Assembly: GCA_965202665.1 (NCBI GenBank)
Contig: OZ241841.1
Coordinates: forward strand, 480,001 to 544,000
Direction: 5' to 3'
Length of the DNA stretch: 64,000 nt
Source of the DNA: Candidatus Spongiisociaceae bacterium
Lineage (GTDB): Bacteria > Actinomycetota > Acidimicrobiia > Spongiisociales > Spongiisociaceae
Part shown: positions 30,101 through 38,784 of the stretch, piece after piece
Position numbering within the stretch: position 1 is the stretch's first letter
How the letters are laid out: each line of letters begins with the position of its first letter
Position numbers and translations under genes: made by a program
Notes under the pieces: model-generated
What the model saw: only the letters and a program-made list of their open reading frames with translations
What the model was told of the DNA's origin: nothing
The model's database searches: none

Positions 30101-33100
30101 GAACGCGGCTCGTACCCGCACCGCAACCGTCTCTCCCTCCGACAAAGTTTTCTGATTCCCGCTTTCCACGCCGTCAGTATCCGCCGTCAGGGTCACTTCT
30201 AGATCATCGTCTGTGATAACCAGCGTCGTTCCGCTAACCGCAAACCCCCCAGCGGTACCGTCGATGTCAATACTCTCCGCGTCCTCCGCGATGGTGTCCC
30301 CCGTAATCAGCAAACCGCTCAACGCAACGGCGGAGCTGGTGGTGGCGGAGGCTGGGATGGTCACCGTGATCGCGGTGCCCGGGGCGGTGAAATCCGCCGC
30401 CTCCGCGTTCTCACCCGCCCCGAACGACAAGGTTACGTCGGTGGCCTGGGCGAGCGAGGAACTGGACGCCCCCGCAAAAGAGGCGGTAACAGTCACGGCT
30501 CCGGCGTTGGCGTCTCTTTCATCCACCGTGGACTGACTGAGGGCCAAAGTGATCGTCTCCAGGATCGACAAATCAGCGACCGCGGGCAGATACCCGCCGG
30601 TAGCGGAAGCGGTGAAACGAATAGTTTCCGCCCCCTCAATCGTCCCATCATCGCGGGGAGTGAGTACGACATCCGCCGTCCCACTGGTTTGGCCGCTAGC
30701 GATGGTGATAGTCGCCGTGCTACTCCCGCGGGTGTAATCCCCAGTCGCTCCCAAAGCGGCGGTTCCGCCCGCAGCCCCTACATTTACAGTCACCGTGGCT
30801 GACGACGAAGCGGCTGCGCCGAGGGTGGCTTTCACCCGCACCGTCTGCGCCCCCCCATCCTCGGTAATCCCCGACAAGGCCGGAGCGGCGCTGGTCGGCT
30901 CATGGAAAGACAAAGTAACCGCCCGACCCGGATCGAAAACACCCATCTGAGCGGACGCCACCTGACCTATAGAAGTAGAACCAGTCAGTTTCAAATACTC
31001 GATACCCTCAGTGTCATCCCCATCGGCGCGGGCCCGCAGCTGAAAAGAACCCGAACCGCTGACATCCCCGGCGGGGATGCTGACCGTGAACTGATTGTTC
31101 GTCTGGTTAGTGCACACATCCGCTGTCATCGTCATCGTAGAACATACCGCGGTATGCACCGTCGCGCCGCTGGTGTCCGCCGACCCAACCGTTACCGTCA
31201 CCGGAGTAGCCGCCGACAACACCGAAGTAGCCCCCTGAAAACGGGCCGTTACCACTATCTGATGATCCGCCGTCCGTTCCACCACCTCCGCCGGCGACGC
31301 CGACAAAGACACATCCACATCATCATCAACGATAGTTATCGTCTCCGCAACCACCGTCCCGCCTGTCGCGGTACCGGTGATGAGAAAAGTCTCCGCTCCC
31401 TCCGCTACCGTGTCATCCGCCACCGACAGGCCGGTGAGATTCACCCAGCCGCTTTGCAGGGCGGTTCCGACGGGCATAGTCACCGTCGCAGTCGTGCCGG
31501 GGGCGGTGAAATCAACACCCCCGCTGGTCGCCGACACCGGAGAACCCTCCTCCGCGGTCACCTGAACCGTATACGCGGCGGTCAAGTCGTTGGTAGTAGC
31601 TGATGTGAACCGGGCCCGTACCCGTACCGCCGCCGCCTCACCCTCCGGCAGGGTTTGCTGCTCCCCGTTCGTGCCGCTATCGGTGTCCGCCGTTAACGTA
31701 ACCCCCAGATCATCGTCGTTTATGGTCAGCTCCGTTCCGCTCACCACAAACCCATCCGCCGTCCCCTCAACATCGATTTTCTCCTCCCCCTCCGCGATCG
31801 AATCAGACGTAATCAGCAAACCGGTCAGAGCGGTAGCGGAACTGGAGGTGGAAGAAGCCGGAATACTCACCGTGATCGCGGTGCCGGGAGCGGTGAAATC
31901 CAACGTCTCCGCGTTCTCGCCCGCCCCGAACGACAACGTAACAACCGTCGCCCCCGTCAACATCGAAGTAGCAGCCCCCGCGAACGCGGCCGTCACCGTG
32001 GCCGCCCCCGCGTTCGTCGCGCTCTCGCCTATTGACGGCTGGCTGAGGGTCAACGTAATCTCTTCGGTGATTTTCAAATCCGCGGGGAACACGGCAAACC
32101 CGGCGGCGGAACCGGTGAACTGAACCGTTTCCTCCCCCTCCGCCACCGTATCCGACAAAGGAGTAATAGTCACATCCGCCGTCCCGGAAGTCTCACCCGA
32201 CGCAATCGTCACATCCACCGTCGCCGCCCCCCGATCGTAGTCGCCGCTTGCGCAAGACCGGGACTGTCCGCTACCCGTGCATGTCCCCAAAGTCGCCGTA
32301 CCCCCCGCCGCCCCCACATTCACGCTAATCGTCGTATCCGAGGTCACCGCCGCTCCCGCCGTAGCCTTCACCCGCACCGTCTCCGCCCCCCCACCCTCCG
32401 CTATCCCCGCCAGCGCCGCCTCGCCCGCCGTCGCTTCATGCAACGACAGATCCACCCGCGTCCCCACATCCACAATCGGCAAATCCACCGACTCCACCGT
32501 CACCGCCGTCCCGCCCACCGACGCCGAACCCGACAGCGTCAGCTTCTCCCCCGACTCGCTCGTACTATCATCAGGAACCGTCACCATAAACGTGCCGGTC
32601 CCCGACGTCGCACCCGCCGGAATAGACACCGTCATCTGATTATTAGTCAAACTAGTACAAGCATCGTTCGTATTCGCCGGACACCCCAAAGAAGCCCCAC
32701 CCGACCCCGCCACCGACACCGTCACATTTGTAGCAGTCGTCAGAATCGACGACGAACCCTTAAACCGGGCGGTCACCGTAACCTGCTGCGACCCCGCCTG
32801 CTCATCCACCGACGACGGAGACACCTCCAACTCAATATCAGCATCGTTGTCATATATCGTCAACGTGTCCGCCGTAGCGGTTCCCAAAGCCGACGACCCA
32901 CCCACCTCAAAAGTTTCCGGTCCCTCCACAATCGTATCATCGGTGATCGTCAAACCAGCCAACGTAGCCGAACCCGAAGCAGTGATACTCCGAGCCGGGA
33001 AAGAAATCGTATTCGCCATCGACGGAGCATACGAAAAATCAGCCGCAGTCGCCTTCCCCGCCCCCGCCGGAGTCTCCGCCGCCGCCGACAACGTCACCGT

Positions 33101-34246
33101 CGTCACCGAAGAAATTTGCGACGACGTCGCGTTCGGAAAACTAGCCGACACCGACACCCCCGAACCGGAATCCCCCTCCGTCAACACATCCTGATCCCCT
33201 ATAGCCTCACTATCGGTATCCACCGTCAAACCCACCTGACTATTAGCATCCTTAATCGTAACCGGAGCCCTTAACACCGTCCAACCTGACGGGACGGATT
33301 GCAACCCAACATAAAAAACCTCATCCGACTCCGCCGCCTCATCCCTCATAACTAGTGAAAAGAAAAAAACAAGAGGGCTATCTACGCCGTGAAAACTCCC
33401 AGAAACCTGACCGGCGGTTATCCTCGCACCAATAGGATCATCATTGTTACTATTATGGGATGAAACGACATCCGCAGGAAAATCATCATTTGAATTGACC
33501 GACTGCAGATGGGTAGCGGTTCCCGCCTCTGTCACTATTCGCATAAGCCTCGTATCTCCCCTCTGTTGGTACGCTAAATCTTGGCCGTACGTTGAAGAAG
33601 TAGAAGCAGTGAACACACCACCCTTCACCCCACCCACCACAACCGATGGCCCAGGTCTATGTAGAAAACCATGAGCACGGTTATCACCGGCTGGCGTAAC
33701 CTGATCCTCCCGCAACACATCCCGCGATAAGTTCACCTTAATCACCCGGTCCTGATCGGTAATCCTCAAAGTAGCCGGAGTTACCGTATACCCAGAAGCG
33801 GAACCGGAAAAAATGATGGTCTCATGCTCCTCCGTAATCCTATCCGACCGCAGTTCAATCGTAAAATTAGTAGACGTAACACTTGTTTGATTCCTATGAA
33901 TAGTTAAATTCCAAGGCTCATTAGCACAGTAATCACCAGAATTGCAAACAAGCCTCGGAGGACGGTGCCGATCATACGCATTCAAATTTACACGCACTCC
34001 TTCAGTGGCAGTACCGGATAACGCCCTGATGCTAATCCGCAAATTGGAGGACGGCGCCGAAGCCACCGACGCCCTCAACCGCACAACCTTCGAACCGCTA
34101 TCCTCCCCCAGCGTGGTCACCGCGTTACCCGAAGGATCAACCACACTGAACGTAATCGCCGTCGCCGCCCCCACCACCGCAGGCACGGCCGGCAACACCG
34201 ACAGGACCAAACCCGTCGCCAACGCCAACAGCCCCAGCCGTCGCAT
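27107..34246 (-). CDS. Giant secreted Calx-beta-like repeat/SLH protein, paralogue 5 (about 2379 aa)
   Basis: ORF 27107..34249 (GTG-ATG); ATG 34246 with GGAGG upstream. Same architecture. Confidence 0.9.
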   Translation of the reverse strand: MRRLGLLALATGLVLSVLPAVPAVVGAATAITFSVVDPSGNAVTTLGEDSGSKVVRLRASVASAPSSNLRISIRALSGTATEGVRVNLNAYDRHRPPRLVCNSGDYCANEPWNLTIHRNQTSVTSTNFTIELRSDRITEEHETIIFSGSASGYTVTPATLRITDQDRVIKVNLSRDVLREDQVTPAGDNRAHGFLHRPGPSVVVGGVKGGVFTASTSSTYGQDLAYQQRGDTRLMRIVTEAGTATHLQSVNSNDDFPADVVSSHNSNNDDPIGARITAGQVSGSFHGVDSPLVFFFSLVMRDEAAESDEVFYVGLQSVPSGWTVLRAPVTIKDANSQVGLTVDTDSEAIGDQDVLTEGDSGSGVSVSASFPNATSSQISSVTTVTLSAAAETPAGAGKATAADFSYAPSMANTISFPARSITASGSATLAGLTITDDTIVEGPETFEVGGSSALGTATADTLTIYDNDADIELEVSPSSVDEQAGSQQVTVTARFKGSSSILTTATNVTVSVAGSGGASLGCPANTNDACTSLTNNQMTVSIPAGATSGTGTFMVTVPDDSTSESGEKLTLSGSASVGGTAVTVESVDLPIVDVGTRVDLSLHEATAGEAALAGIAEGGGAETVRVKATAGAAVTSDTTISVNVGAAGGTATLGTCTGSGQSRSCASGDYDRGAATVDVTIASGETSGTADVTITPLSDTVAEGEETVQFTGSAAGFAVFPADLKITEEITLTLSQPSIGESATNAGAATVTAAFAGAATSMLTGATVVTLSFGAGENAETLDFTAPGTAITVSIPASSTSSSATALTGLLITSDSIAEGEEKIDVEGTADGFVVSGTELTINDDDLGVTLTADTDSGTNGEQQTLPEGEAAAVRVRARFTSATTNDLTAAYTVQVTAEEGSPVSATSGGVDFTAPGTTATVTMPVGTALQSGWVNLTGLSVADDTVAEGAETFLITGTATGGTVVAETITIVDDDVDVSLSASPAEVVERTADHQIVVTARFQGATSVLSAATPVTVTVGSADTSGATVHTAVCSTMTMTADVCTNQTNNQFTVSIPAGDVSGSGSFQLRARADGDDTEGIEYLKLTGSTSIGQVASAQMGVFDPGRAVTLSFHEPTSAAPALSGITEDGGAQTVRVKATLGAAASSSATVTVNVGAAGGTAALGATGDYTRGSSTATITIASGQTSGTADVVLTPRDDGTIEGAETIRFTASATGGYLPAVADLSILETITLALSQSTVDERDANAGAVTVTASFAGASSSSLAQATDVTLSFGAGENAEAADFTAPGTAITVTIPASATTSSAVALSGLLITGDTIAEDAESIDIDGTAGGFAVSGTTLVITDDDLEVTLTADTDGVESGNQKTLSEGETVAVRVRAAFTTATSNDIGSALQVRVTAEALSPASAEAGGIDFTPPATPVTVSIPAGQTQSAWTNLTGLLVTDDAVTELAETFRIAGTSVNSGVGITPDTLTIGASDTALEVTASPGRVTESTDAHNITVTAGFAGATSSALATNTDVTVTVAAGDSNGATVATACSPSMTEDVCTDQTGNSFTIRIPAGQHHHTGSFQLTARVDTDAETTAETVKISGSATVAGTAASDSTTINIADSGIRLVLTNPSSNSAVSALAENSGTTTVRVTATLPVNAPTGGVVVGLEIDEDSTATADSNRVWTNREDYRVAWPSKPSGTPSGYNTGITIAAGTKTGYVDIDITVNDDNVDEPTRRIIIDGSHVTINNVDYHTVAAALTINDNDGPPTAVTLTLHSTRADSSGEHLTEAHENEETRVRVVATFQGTATRSAATFVPIVVGKTGEATEGTDYQTVADFNVEIPGYQNSGTDTFLLKTDGTYNDNNFEGPETLTVAGGTLAGFTIAQDTLTLIDDDLTVTLTLTPNQGTEGDTNTSVTLQAAYPTGETLPNPHTITLALGGTATAGADYTAPALTPLTILANQNSVTRTLSLPITDDSIDEPDETVQITGTSAGITITPATFTIKDNDDPPTGITLTTSPSGLDEGANNRQITITARLDGSTTRSETTSVAITIPGPDSTTTPADYQITNQPTTITIRPATQTGTATFNITIPNTDGPEPNETLQINGTLAGFTITPAVLTIRNSAPPPPPPPPPTTTPNPPTGGGGGGGGAPPPAAPPPAAGGGGGGAPPPAAGGGAPPPAGPAAPAPPPPAPVACQGRFCDDDGSVHEPNIALMAEWGITIGCDANDPTKYCPSAQITRRQMATFIYRAVNPRWPIQIPTGVTINDVPADASYRPYANWLVSIGAFQLDDGNFNPRGIVTRADMAVMMVAAFPHIQAVSESQNLFADTANLDAAVVRAIEGIAESEVTRGCTTTPPLRYCPNNPVTRAQMASFFVRVINQAPTTTEESG

Positions 34247-34303
34247 CACCCAACCTCCATCCTTCGCTTCCGGCCCAACCCGTATCAGGACCGACTACGA
34301 GAA

Positions 34304-34331
34304 ACGCTACCCCCCCCCCCCAATTTGTCAA
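34304..34331 (-). promoter_or_regulatory. Promoter with G12 tract (TTGACA-AATT-G12-TAGCGT, 16-nt spacer)
   Basis: -35 at 34326-34331, C12 at 34310-34321, -10 at 34304-34309. Confidence 0.85.
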
Positions 34332-34374
34332 ATCAAGCCCCCCGCGCCAACCGGTCGCGTGGAGGGAGGGGCCG

Positions 34375-35406
34375 TTATCCGTCCAGCTGGGTTAGGGCGG
34401 CTTGGGCCAGGCGGGGCACGGCGGCGGCCAGGGCGGGCAAATCCGCTTCCCCGGCGTCGCCTCGGGCGCCGTGCCGGTAGCGGGAAAAGACTCCTTCCAG
34501 GATGGCGCCCAGACGCCAGTACTGGAAAGCCCGGTAAAAGCCGATGCCGGACAGGTCGTTGCCGGCGGCCCGGGCGTAACGGGACAGCATTTCCCCCCGG
34601 TCGGGAAACCCGTCCAGTTTGGTGACCGGCTCCACCCACAGGGCCTCTTCGTCCGGCCCCGCCCAGTCGTTGGCCAGATATCCGACATCGGCCAGCGGAT
34701 CCCCCAACGTGCACAACTCCCAATCCACCACCGCCCGCACCCGGCCCCCGGCGATGATCAAATTCCCCCACCGGAAGTCGCCGTGCACGATGGAGGACCG
34801 CTCCTGGCGGGGGATGCGGGATTCCAACCGGGCCCGGGCTTCCTCCATCTCCGGGATTTCCCGCTGTTTGACGGCCTCCCACTGCCGGGCCCAGCGGCGA
34901 ATCTGACGGGCGACGTAGTCCTCCCGCCGGCCCAACTCCCCTAAACCGACCTCCTCCGGGGACAACGCGTGCAAAGCGGCCAAAGCATCCACCGCGCTTT
35001 CCGCCGCCGCCCGCCGCTCCCCCGGCGGAATCTCCGCCCCCGCCCCGATGTCGTGGGGGACCGCCCCCTCCACGAACCCCATCACATAGAAGGGGGCGCC
35101 GTTCACCTCCGGTTCCTCGCACAACCCCAAGGCGGGGGGGACGGGAACCCCGGTTCCCCCCAAGGCGGCGATCACCCGGAACTCCCGCACCATGTCGTGG
35201 GCGGTGGCCAGCACCCGGCTGAGGGGCGGGCGGCGCAGGGCCAAATCGGAGCCGTCGGCCCCGGTCACCCGGTAGGTAAGGTTGGAGTTGCCCCCGGGGA
35301 TCACCTGGAAGCGGAAAGGCGGGCGGGCCCCGGCGATGTTGGCTTCCAGCCAAGCGCTCACCGCCCCGTGATCGACTCCCGGAACTTTCCTCCCGTCTCG
35401 TTCCAT
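34375..35406 (-). CDS. Phosphotransferase family protein (APH-like)
   Basis: C-terminal part of ORF 34375..36072. Motifs GGNSNLTY, LRRPP...HDMVRE, HGDFRWGN, DWELCTLGDP. Start at ATG 35406 (MERDGRKV). Confidence 0.85.
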   Translation of the reverse strand: MERDGRKVPGVDHGAVSAWLEANIAGARPPFRFQVIPGGNSNLTYRVTGADGSDLALRRPPLSRVLATAHDMVREFRVIAALGGTGVPVPPALGLCEEPEVNGAPFYVMGFVEGAVPHDIGAGAEIPPGERRAAAESAVDALAALHALSPEEVGLGELGRREDYVARQIRRWARQWEAVKQREIPEMEEARARLESRIPRQERSSIVHGDFRWGNLIIAGGRVRAVVDWELCTLGDPLADVGYLANDWAGPDEEALWVEPVTKLDGFPDRGEMLSRYARAAGNDLSGIGFYRAFQYWRLGAILEGVFSRYRHGARGDAGEADLPALAAAVPRLAQAALTQLDG

Positions 35407-35435
35407 ACCTTCAAGAATAGGGGCCCCGGGCCGGG

Positions 35436-36089
35436 TCAGGCCCCGGTCGCCGGACGGGGCGCGCCGTCCCCGCTTCGGCGGCCCTCCCCGATTTCCCCCA
35501 TGTCGAACATGTCCAAGAAGAAATGCACCAGCGGGCCGATCAGGACCGCGAACGCCAATGTCCCCCATCCCACCGAGCCGCCCAACAGCCAACCGAATCC
35601 CAGAACGGCCGCCTCGATCAGGAACCGGGAGAGGCGGATGGAAAGGCCGCGGGCAGCCAAGCCGGTCATCAGGCCGTCGCGGGGCCCGGTTCCCAGGCGC
35701 ACCCCGATGTAGAGGCCGGAGCCGACCGCCATGATGAACACGCCCCCCAGGAACACCGTCCAGCGCAGCGCCCAGCCGGATGGTTCCCCCACCGCCCACA
35801 GCACCACGTCGATGATCAGGCCCACCGCCACCACGTTGGCCACCGTCCCCCAGCCGATCCGTTGCCGGAGGGGAATCCACATCAGCAGCACCGCCCCGCC
35901 CACCAGGATGGCCGTTGCCCCGAAGGTGAGGGGCGTGCGCCGGGCCAGGCCCTGATGCAACACGTCCCAGGGGGACAGGCCCAGGCCGGCTTCCACCTGC
36001 AGGGCGATCCCCGAGCCGAACAGCGCCAGGCCGACCGCCAGCCGGGGCAGCCGCCGCCGCGCCTCCCGCCAATAATCGCGGCGGTTCAA
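35436..36089 (-). CDS. YczE/YyaS/YitT-family membrane protein
   Basis: Hydrophobic; GLGLSPWDVLHQGL and GPRDGLMTGL motifs. Confidence 0.8.
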   Translation of the reverse strand: MNRRDYWREARRRLPRLAVGLALFGSGIALQVEAGLGLSPWDVLHQGLARRTPLTFGATAILVGGAVLLMWIPLRQRIGWGTVANVVAVGLIIDVVLWAVGEPSGWALRWTVFLGGVFIMAVGSGLYIGVRLGTGPRDGLMTGLAARGLSIRLSRFLIEAAVLGFGWLLGGSVGWGTLAFAVLIGPLVHFFLDMFDMGEIGEGRRSGDGAPRPATGA

Positions 36090-36142
36090 GGCCCGGACCG
36101 GCGGCGGCGCGGGGCGGGAAAAAGGAAAATCAGGGAGGCCGT

Positions 36143-37162
36143 TCAGGCGGGGGAGGGAAGGGCCGCCATCTTCTCAATCAGATCCACCACCCGGTTGGAG
36201 TATCCCCATTCGTTGTCGTACCAGGAGATCACTTTCACCAGGTTGCCCCCCAGGACTTCGACGGCGGCGGCGTCGAAGATGCTGGAATGGGCGTTGCCGA
36301 TGATGTCGGAGGAAACCAGCGGTTCGTCGCAGAACTCCAAGATGTCCGACATCGGCCCAGCCGCCGCCCGGCGCACCGCTTCCCGCACCTCCTCGGCGTC
36401 CACCTCCCGGGAAACTTCCACCACCAGATCCACCAACGAGCCGTCCGGCACCGGCACCCGCATGGCCAGCCCGTCCAGACGGCCGTTCAACTCGGGGAGC
36501 ACCTTGCCCACCGCCTTGGCGGCCCCGGTGGTGGTGGGGATGATGTTCTCGGTGGCGGCCCGCGAACGGCGGAAGTCCTGGTGGGGGACGTCGGCCAGCC
36601 GCTGGTCGTTGGTGTAGGCGTGGACGGTGGTCATCACCCCCCGCTCAATCCCGAACTCGTCGTGCAGCACTTTGGCCAGCGGGGCCAGGCAGTTGGTGGT
36701 GCAGGAGGCGTTGGACACGATGCGGGCGGAGCCGTCCAAATCCCCGTCGTTCACCCCCAGCACGATGGTGGCGTCTATCTCGTCTTTGGCGGGGACGGTC
36801 AGCAGCACCCGCCCGGCCCCCGCCGCCAAATGCTTCTCCAAGTCGGCCCGGGTGGTGAAAACCCCGGTGGATTCCACCGCCACGTCCACCCCCAGTTCGG
36901 CCCAGGGCAGGTCCGCCGGGTCCCGTTCCCGCAACATGCGGATGTGATGGCCGCCCACGGTCATCACCCCTTCGCCCACCGTTATCCGGCGATCCAGGGT
37001 TCCCATCACCGAATCGCGGCGCAACAGGTAGGCCAGCAGGTCGTTGTCGGCCAAGTCGTTGACCGCTACCACGTTGATGGGGGCGTCCGGCCGTTCCAAG
37101 ACGATGCGCAACACCGCCCGGCCGATGCGGCCGAACCCGTTGATGGCCACCCGGGCGGTCAT
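36143..37162 (-). CDS. gap: Type I glyceraldehyde-3-phosphate dehydrogenase
   Basis: MTARVAINGFGRIGR, active site NASCTTNCLAP, TVHAYT, WYDNEWGY. ATGA overlap with the upstream gene. Confidence 0.95.
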   Translation of the reverse strand: MTARVAINGFGRIGRAVLRIVLERPDAPINVVAVNDLADNDLLAYLLRRDSVMGTLDRRITVGEGVMTVGGHHIRMLRERDPADLPWAELGVDVAVESTGVFTTRADLEKHLAAGAGRVLLTVPAKDEIDATIVLGVNDGDLDGSARIVSNASCTTNCLAPLAKVLHDEFGIERGVMTTVHAYTNDQRLADVPHQDFRRSRAATENIIPTTTGAAKAVGKVLPELNGRLDGLAMRVPVPDGSLVDLVVEVSREVDAEEVREAVRRAAAGPMSDILEFCDEPLVSSDIIGNAHSSIFDAAAVEVLGGNLVKVISWYDNEWGYSNRVVDLIEKMAALPSPA

Positions 37163-38169
37163 GGCTTCCCCTCCTCCCCCAAATATTGTTTGATGAGTTC
37201 CACGATGCGGGCCGCGTACCCCCAGCCGGTGTCGAACCAGACCACCGTTTTGAGGAGGGTCCCCCCCACCACCATGGCGGCCAGGCTGTCGTACAGCCCG
37301 GAGAAGGCGGAACCCCGCACATCGCTGGACACGATCGGGTCGTCGGTGAACCCGAGAATCCCCGGATAGCGGTCGGTGGCCGCCACCCGCACCGCCTCGT
37401 TTACCTCTTCCGCCGAGGCCGGGGCCGCCAAGCGGGTGACCGCGTCCACCGTGGAACCGTCGTCCACCGGAACGTTGAGGGACAGGGAGGATATCCGCCC
37501 CCGCAGGTCGGGGAAAACGGAGGCCAGAATGTCGCAGGAGTTGCTTTCGGCGGGGATGATGTTCTCCCCCGCCGCCCGGCTGGTGCGGAAACCCCCGCTG
37601 GGCACGTCCCCCAGGCGGGCGTTGTTGGTGTAAGCGTGGACGGTGGTGAAAAACATCCGCTCCATTTGAAAATGTTCGTTCAGTATTTCCACCAGCGGGG
37701 CCATGGCGTTGGAAGTGTTGGAACCCATGGCCACCACCGGCGGGGCGGCCTCCAAAATCCGGTCGTTGACCCCTTTTAGCAGGAGCGGCAAATCGCCGGG
37801 CTTCTCCGGAGTGGAGGCGAGGATCACCCGCCGGGCCCCGGCCCGCAGATGCCGGGCGCACCATTCGGAGGTCCGATATTTGCCGACGGCCTGCACCACC
37901 ACGTCCACCCCCAGGGCGTTCCAGTCCGCCTCCCCCGGCTCCCGGCTTTGCAACATGGGGATGCGATCCTCCCCCACCACCAGGTTTTCCCCGTCCAGCC
38001 GCACCGGTTCGGGGAAGCGCCCGTAGATGGAGTCGTAGCGGAGCAGGTAGGCCAGCCCGGCCGGATCGGCGATGTCGTCGATGGCCCCCACCGCGGGTCC
38101 GCCCTCCGCCCGCAGTTGGCGGAAAACGTTGCGGCCTATGCGGCCGAAACCCATTAAACCGACTTTCAT
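37159..38169 (-). CDS. GAPDH-family paralogue lacking the catalytic cysteine
   Basis: MKVGLMGFGRIGRN, YDSIYGRF, TVHAYT, ENIIP, DDPIVSSD. The active-site segment reads MGSNTSNAMAP. Confidence 0.85.
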   Translation of the reverse strand: MKVGLMGFGRIGRNVFRQLRAEGGPAVGAIDDIADPAGLAYLLRYDSIYGRFPEPVRLDGENLVVGEDRIPMLQSREPGEADWNALGVDVVVQAVGKYRTSEWCARHLRAGARRVILASTPEKPGDLPLLLKGVNDRILEAAPPVVAMGSNTSNAMAPLVEILNEHFQMERMFFTTVHAYTNNARLGDVPSGGFRTSRAAGENIIPAESNSCDILASVFPDLRGRISSLSLNVPVDDGSTVDAVTRLAAPASAEEVNEAVRVAATDRYPGILGFTDDPIVSSDVRGSAFSGLYDSLAAMVVGGTLLKTVVWFDTGWGYAARIVELIKQYLGEEGKP

Positions 38170-38391
38170 CGTCAACCCTTCGTTGGATGTTCCGCCGCGG
38201 TTCTCGCTTCGCTTCGGCGGATGGAGGGCAGTCGCCTGCGATGGGGCAGGATAACCCGCGGCTCGTGATTTTCCCAACCGCCCGCCCGGACTGGAAACGA
38301 TTTCCACCACCGGCTCCCGGTGTGATTATACTTGGCCCCGGCGCCCCACTGGTGAGGCGCGTATCCGCGGAAAGGCAAGGTGAGGGTCGGA

Positions 38392-38706
38392 ATGGCCAGC
38401 AAAATGATGGTGTGGATCGATCAGGATCTGTGCACCGGCGACGGTATCTGCGAAGAGATAGCCCCGGATGTTTTCGAAGGGCGGGACGACGGCCTGTGGG
38501 TGGTGAAAGAGGACGCCAAGCATTTCGGCGCCGCCTTGGTGTTCGACGGCGAGGAGGGGGACGGCCACGGACCGGAAGGTTCGCGGGGGGTGGCCCGGGT
38601 GCCGGAAGGTTTGGAAGAGGACGTGATCGAGTCGGCCGAGGAATGCCCGGGCGAGTGCATCATGATCGAACCCTACAACGCGGAGCTGGTGGCGGAAGGA
38701 CGCTGA
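38392..38706 (+). CDS. Ferredoxin (single cluster, CxxDxxC...CP)
   Basis: WIDQDLCTGDGICEEIAPDVF ... AEECPGECI. Confidence 0.85.
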   Translation: MASKMMVWIDQDLCTGDGICEEIAPDVFEGRDDGLWVVKEDAKHFGAALVFDGEEGDGHGPEGSRGVARVPEGLEEDVIESAEECPGECIMIEPYNAELVAEGR

Positions 38707-38784
38707 CCCCCGGGCCCTCCCCCCGGAGGAGCCGGTCAAGGGGAGTTCGGCCCCGTCCCGCCCGCTGGCAATGGAGGCGGCGAA

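Larger units (their letters stand above)
1..34331 (-). repeat. Tandem array of about 7-kb paralogous promoter+gene units (at least 5 copies)
   Basis: Long stretches of near-identical DNA recur with a period of about 5.7-7.3 kb, e.g. 1700-4000 vs 29200-31500, and 6860-7400 vs 12640-13180. Confidence 0.95.

Noticed and set aside
7-34200. Many plus-strand ORFs (Arg/His-rich, Val/Gly-rich, Pro-rich) in the ORF track
   Set aside because: They are antisense shadows of the giant genes, caused by high GC and skewed codon use; no RBS or recognisable domains.
1-34331. Invertase/shufflon-type switching of the array
   Set aside because: All units are co-oriented, each has its own promoter and signal peptide, and I saw no inverted recombination sites or recombinase gene. 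One could lie outside the window.
34375-36072. 565-aa phosphotransferase, and other long N-terminal extensions in the track (gap 573 aa, galU 473 aa, moeA 462 aa)
   Set aside because: The extensions overlap bona fide upstream genes in other frames; starts were reset to coupled or RBS-supported codons.
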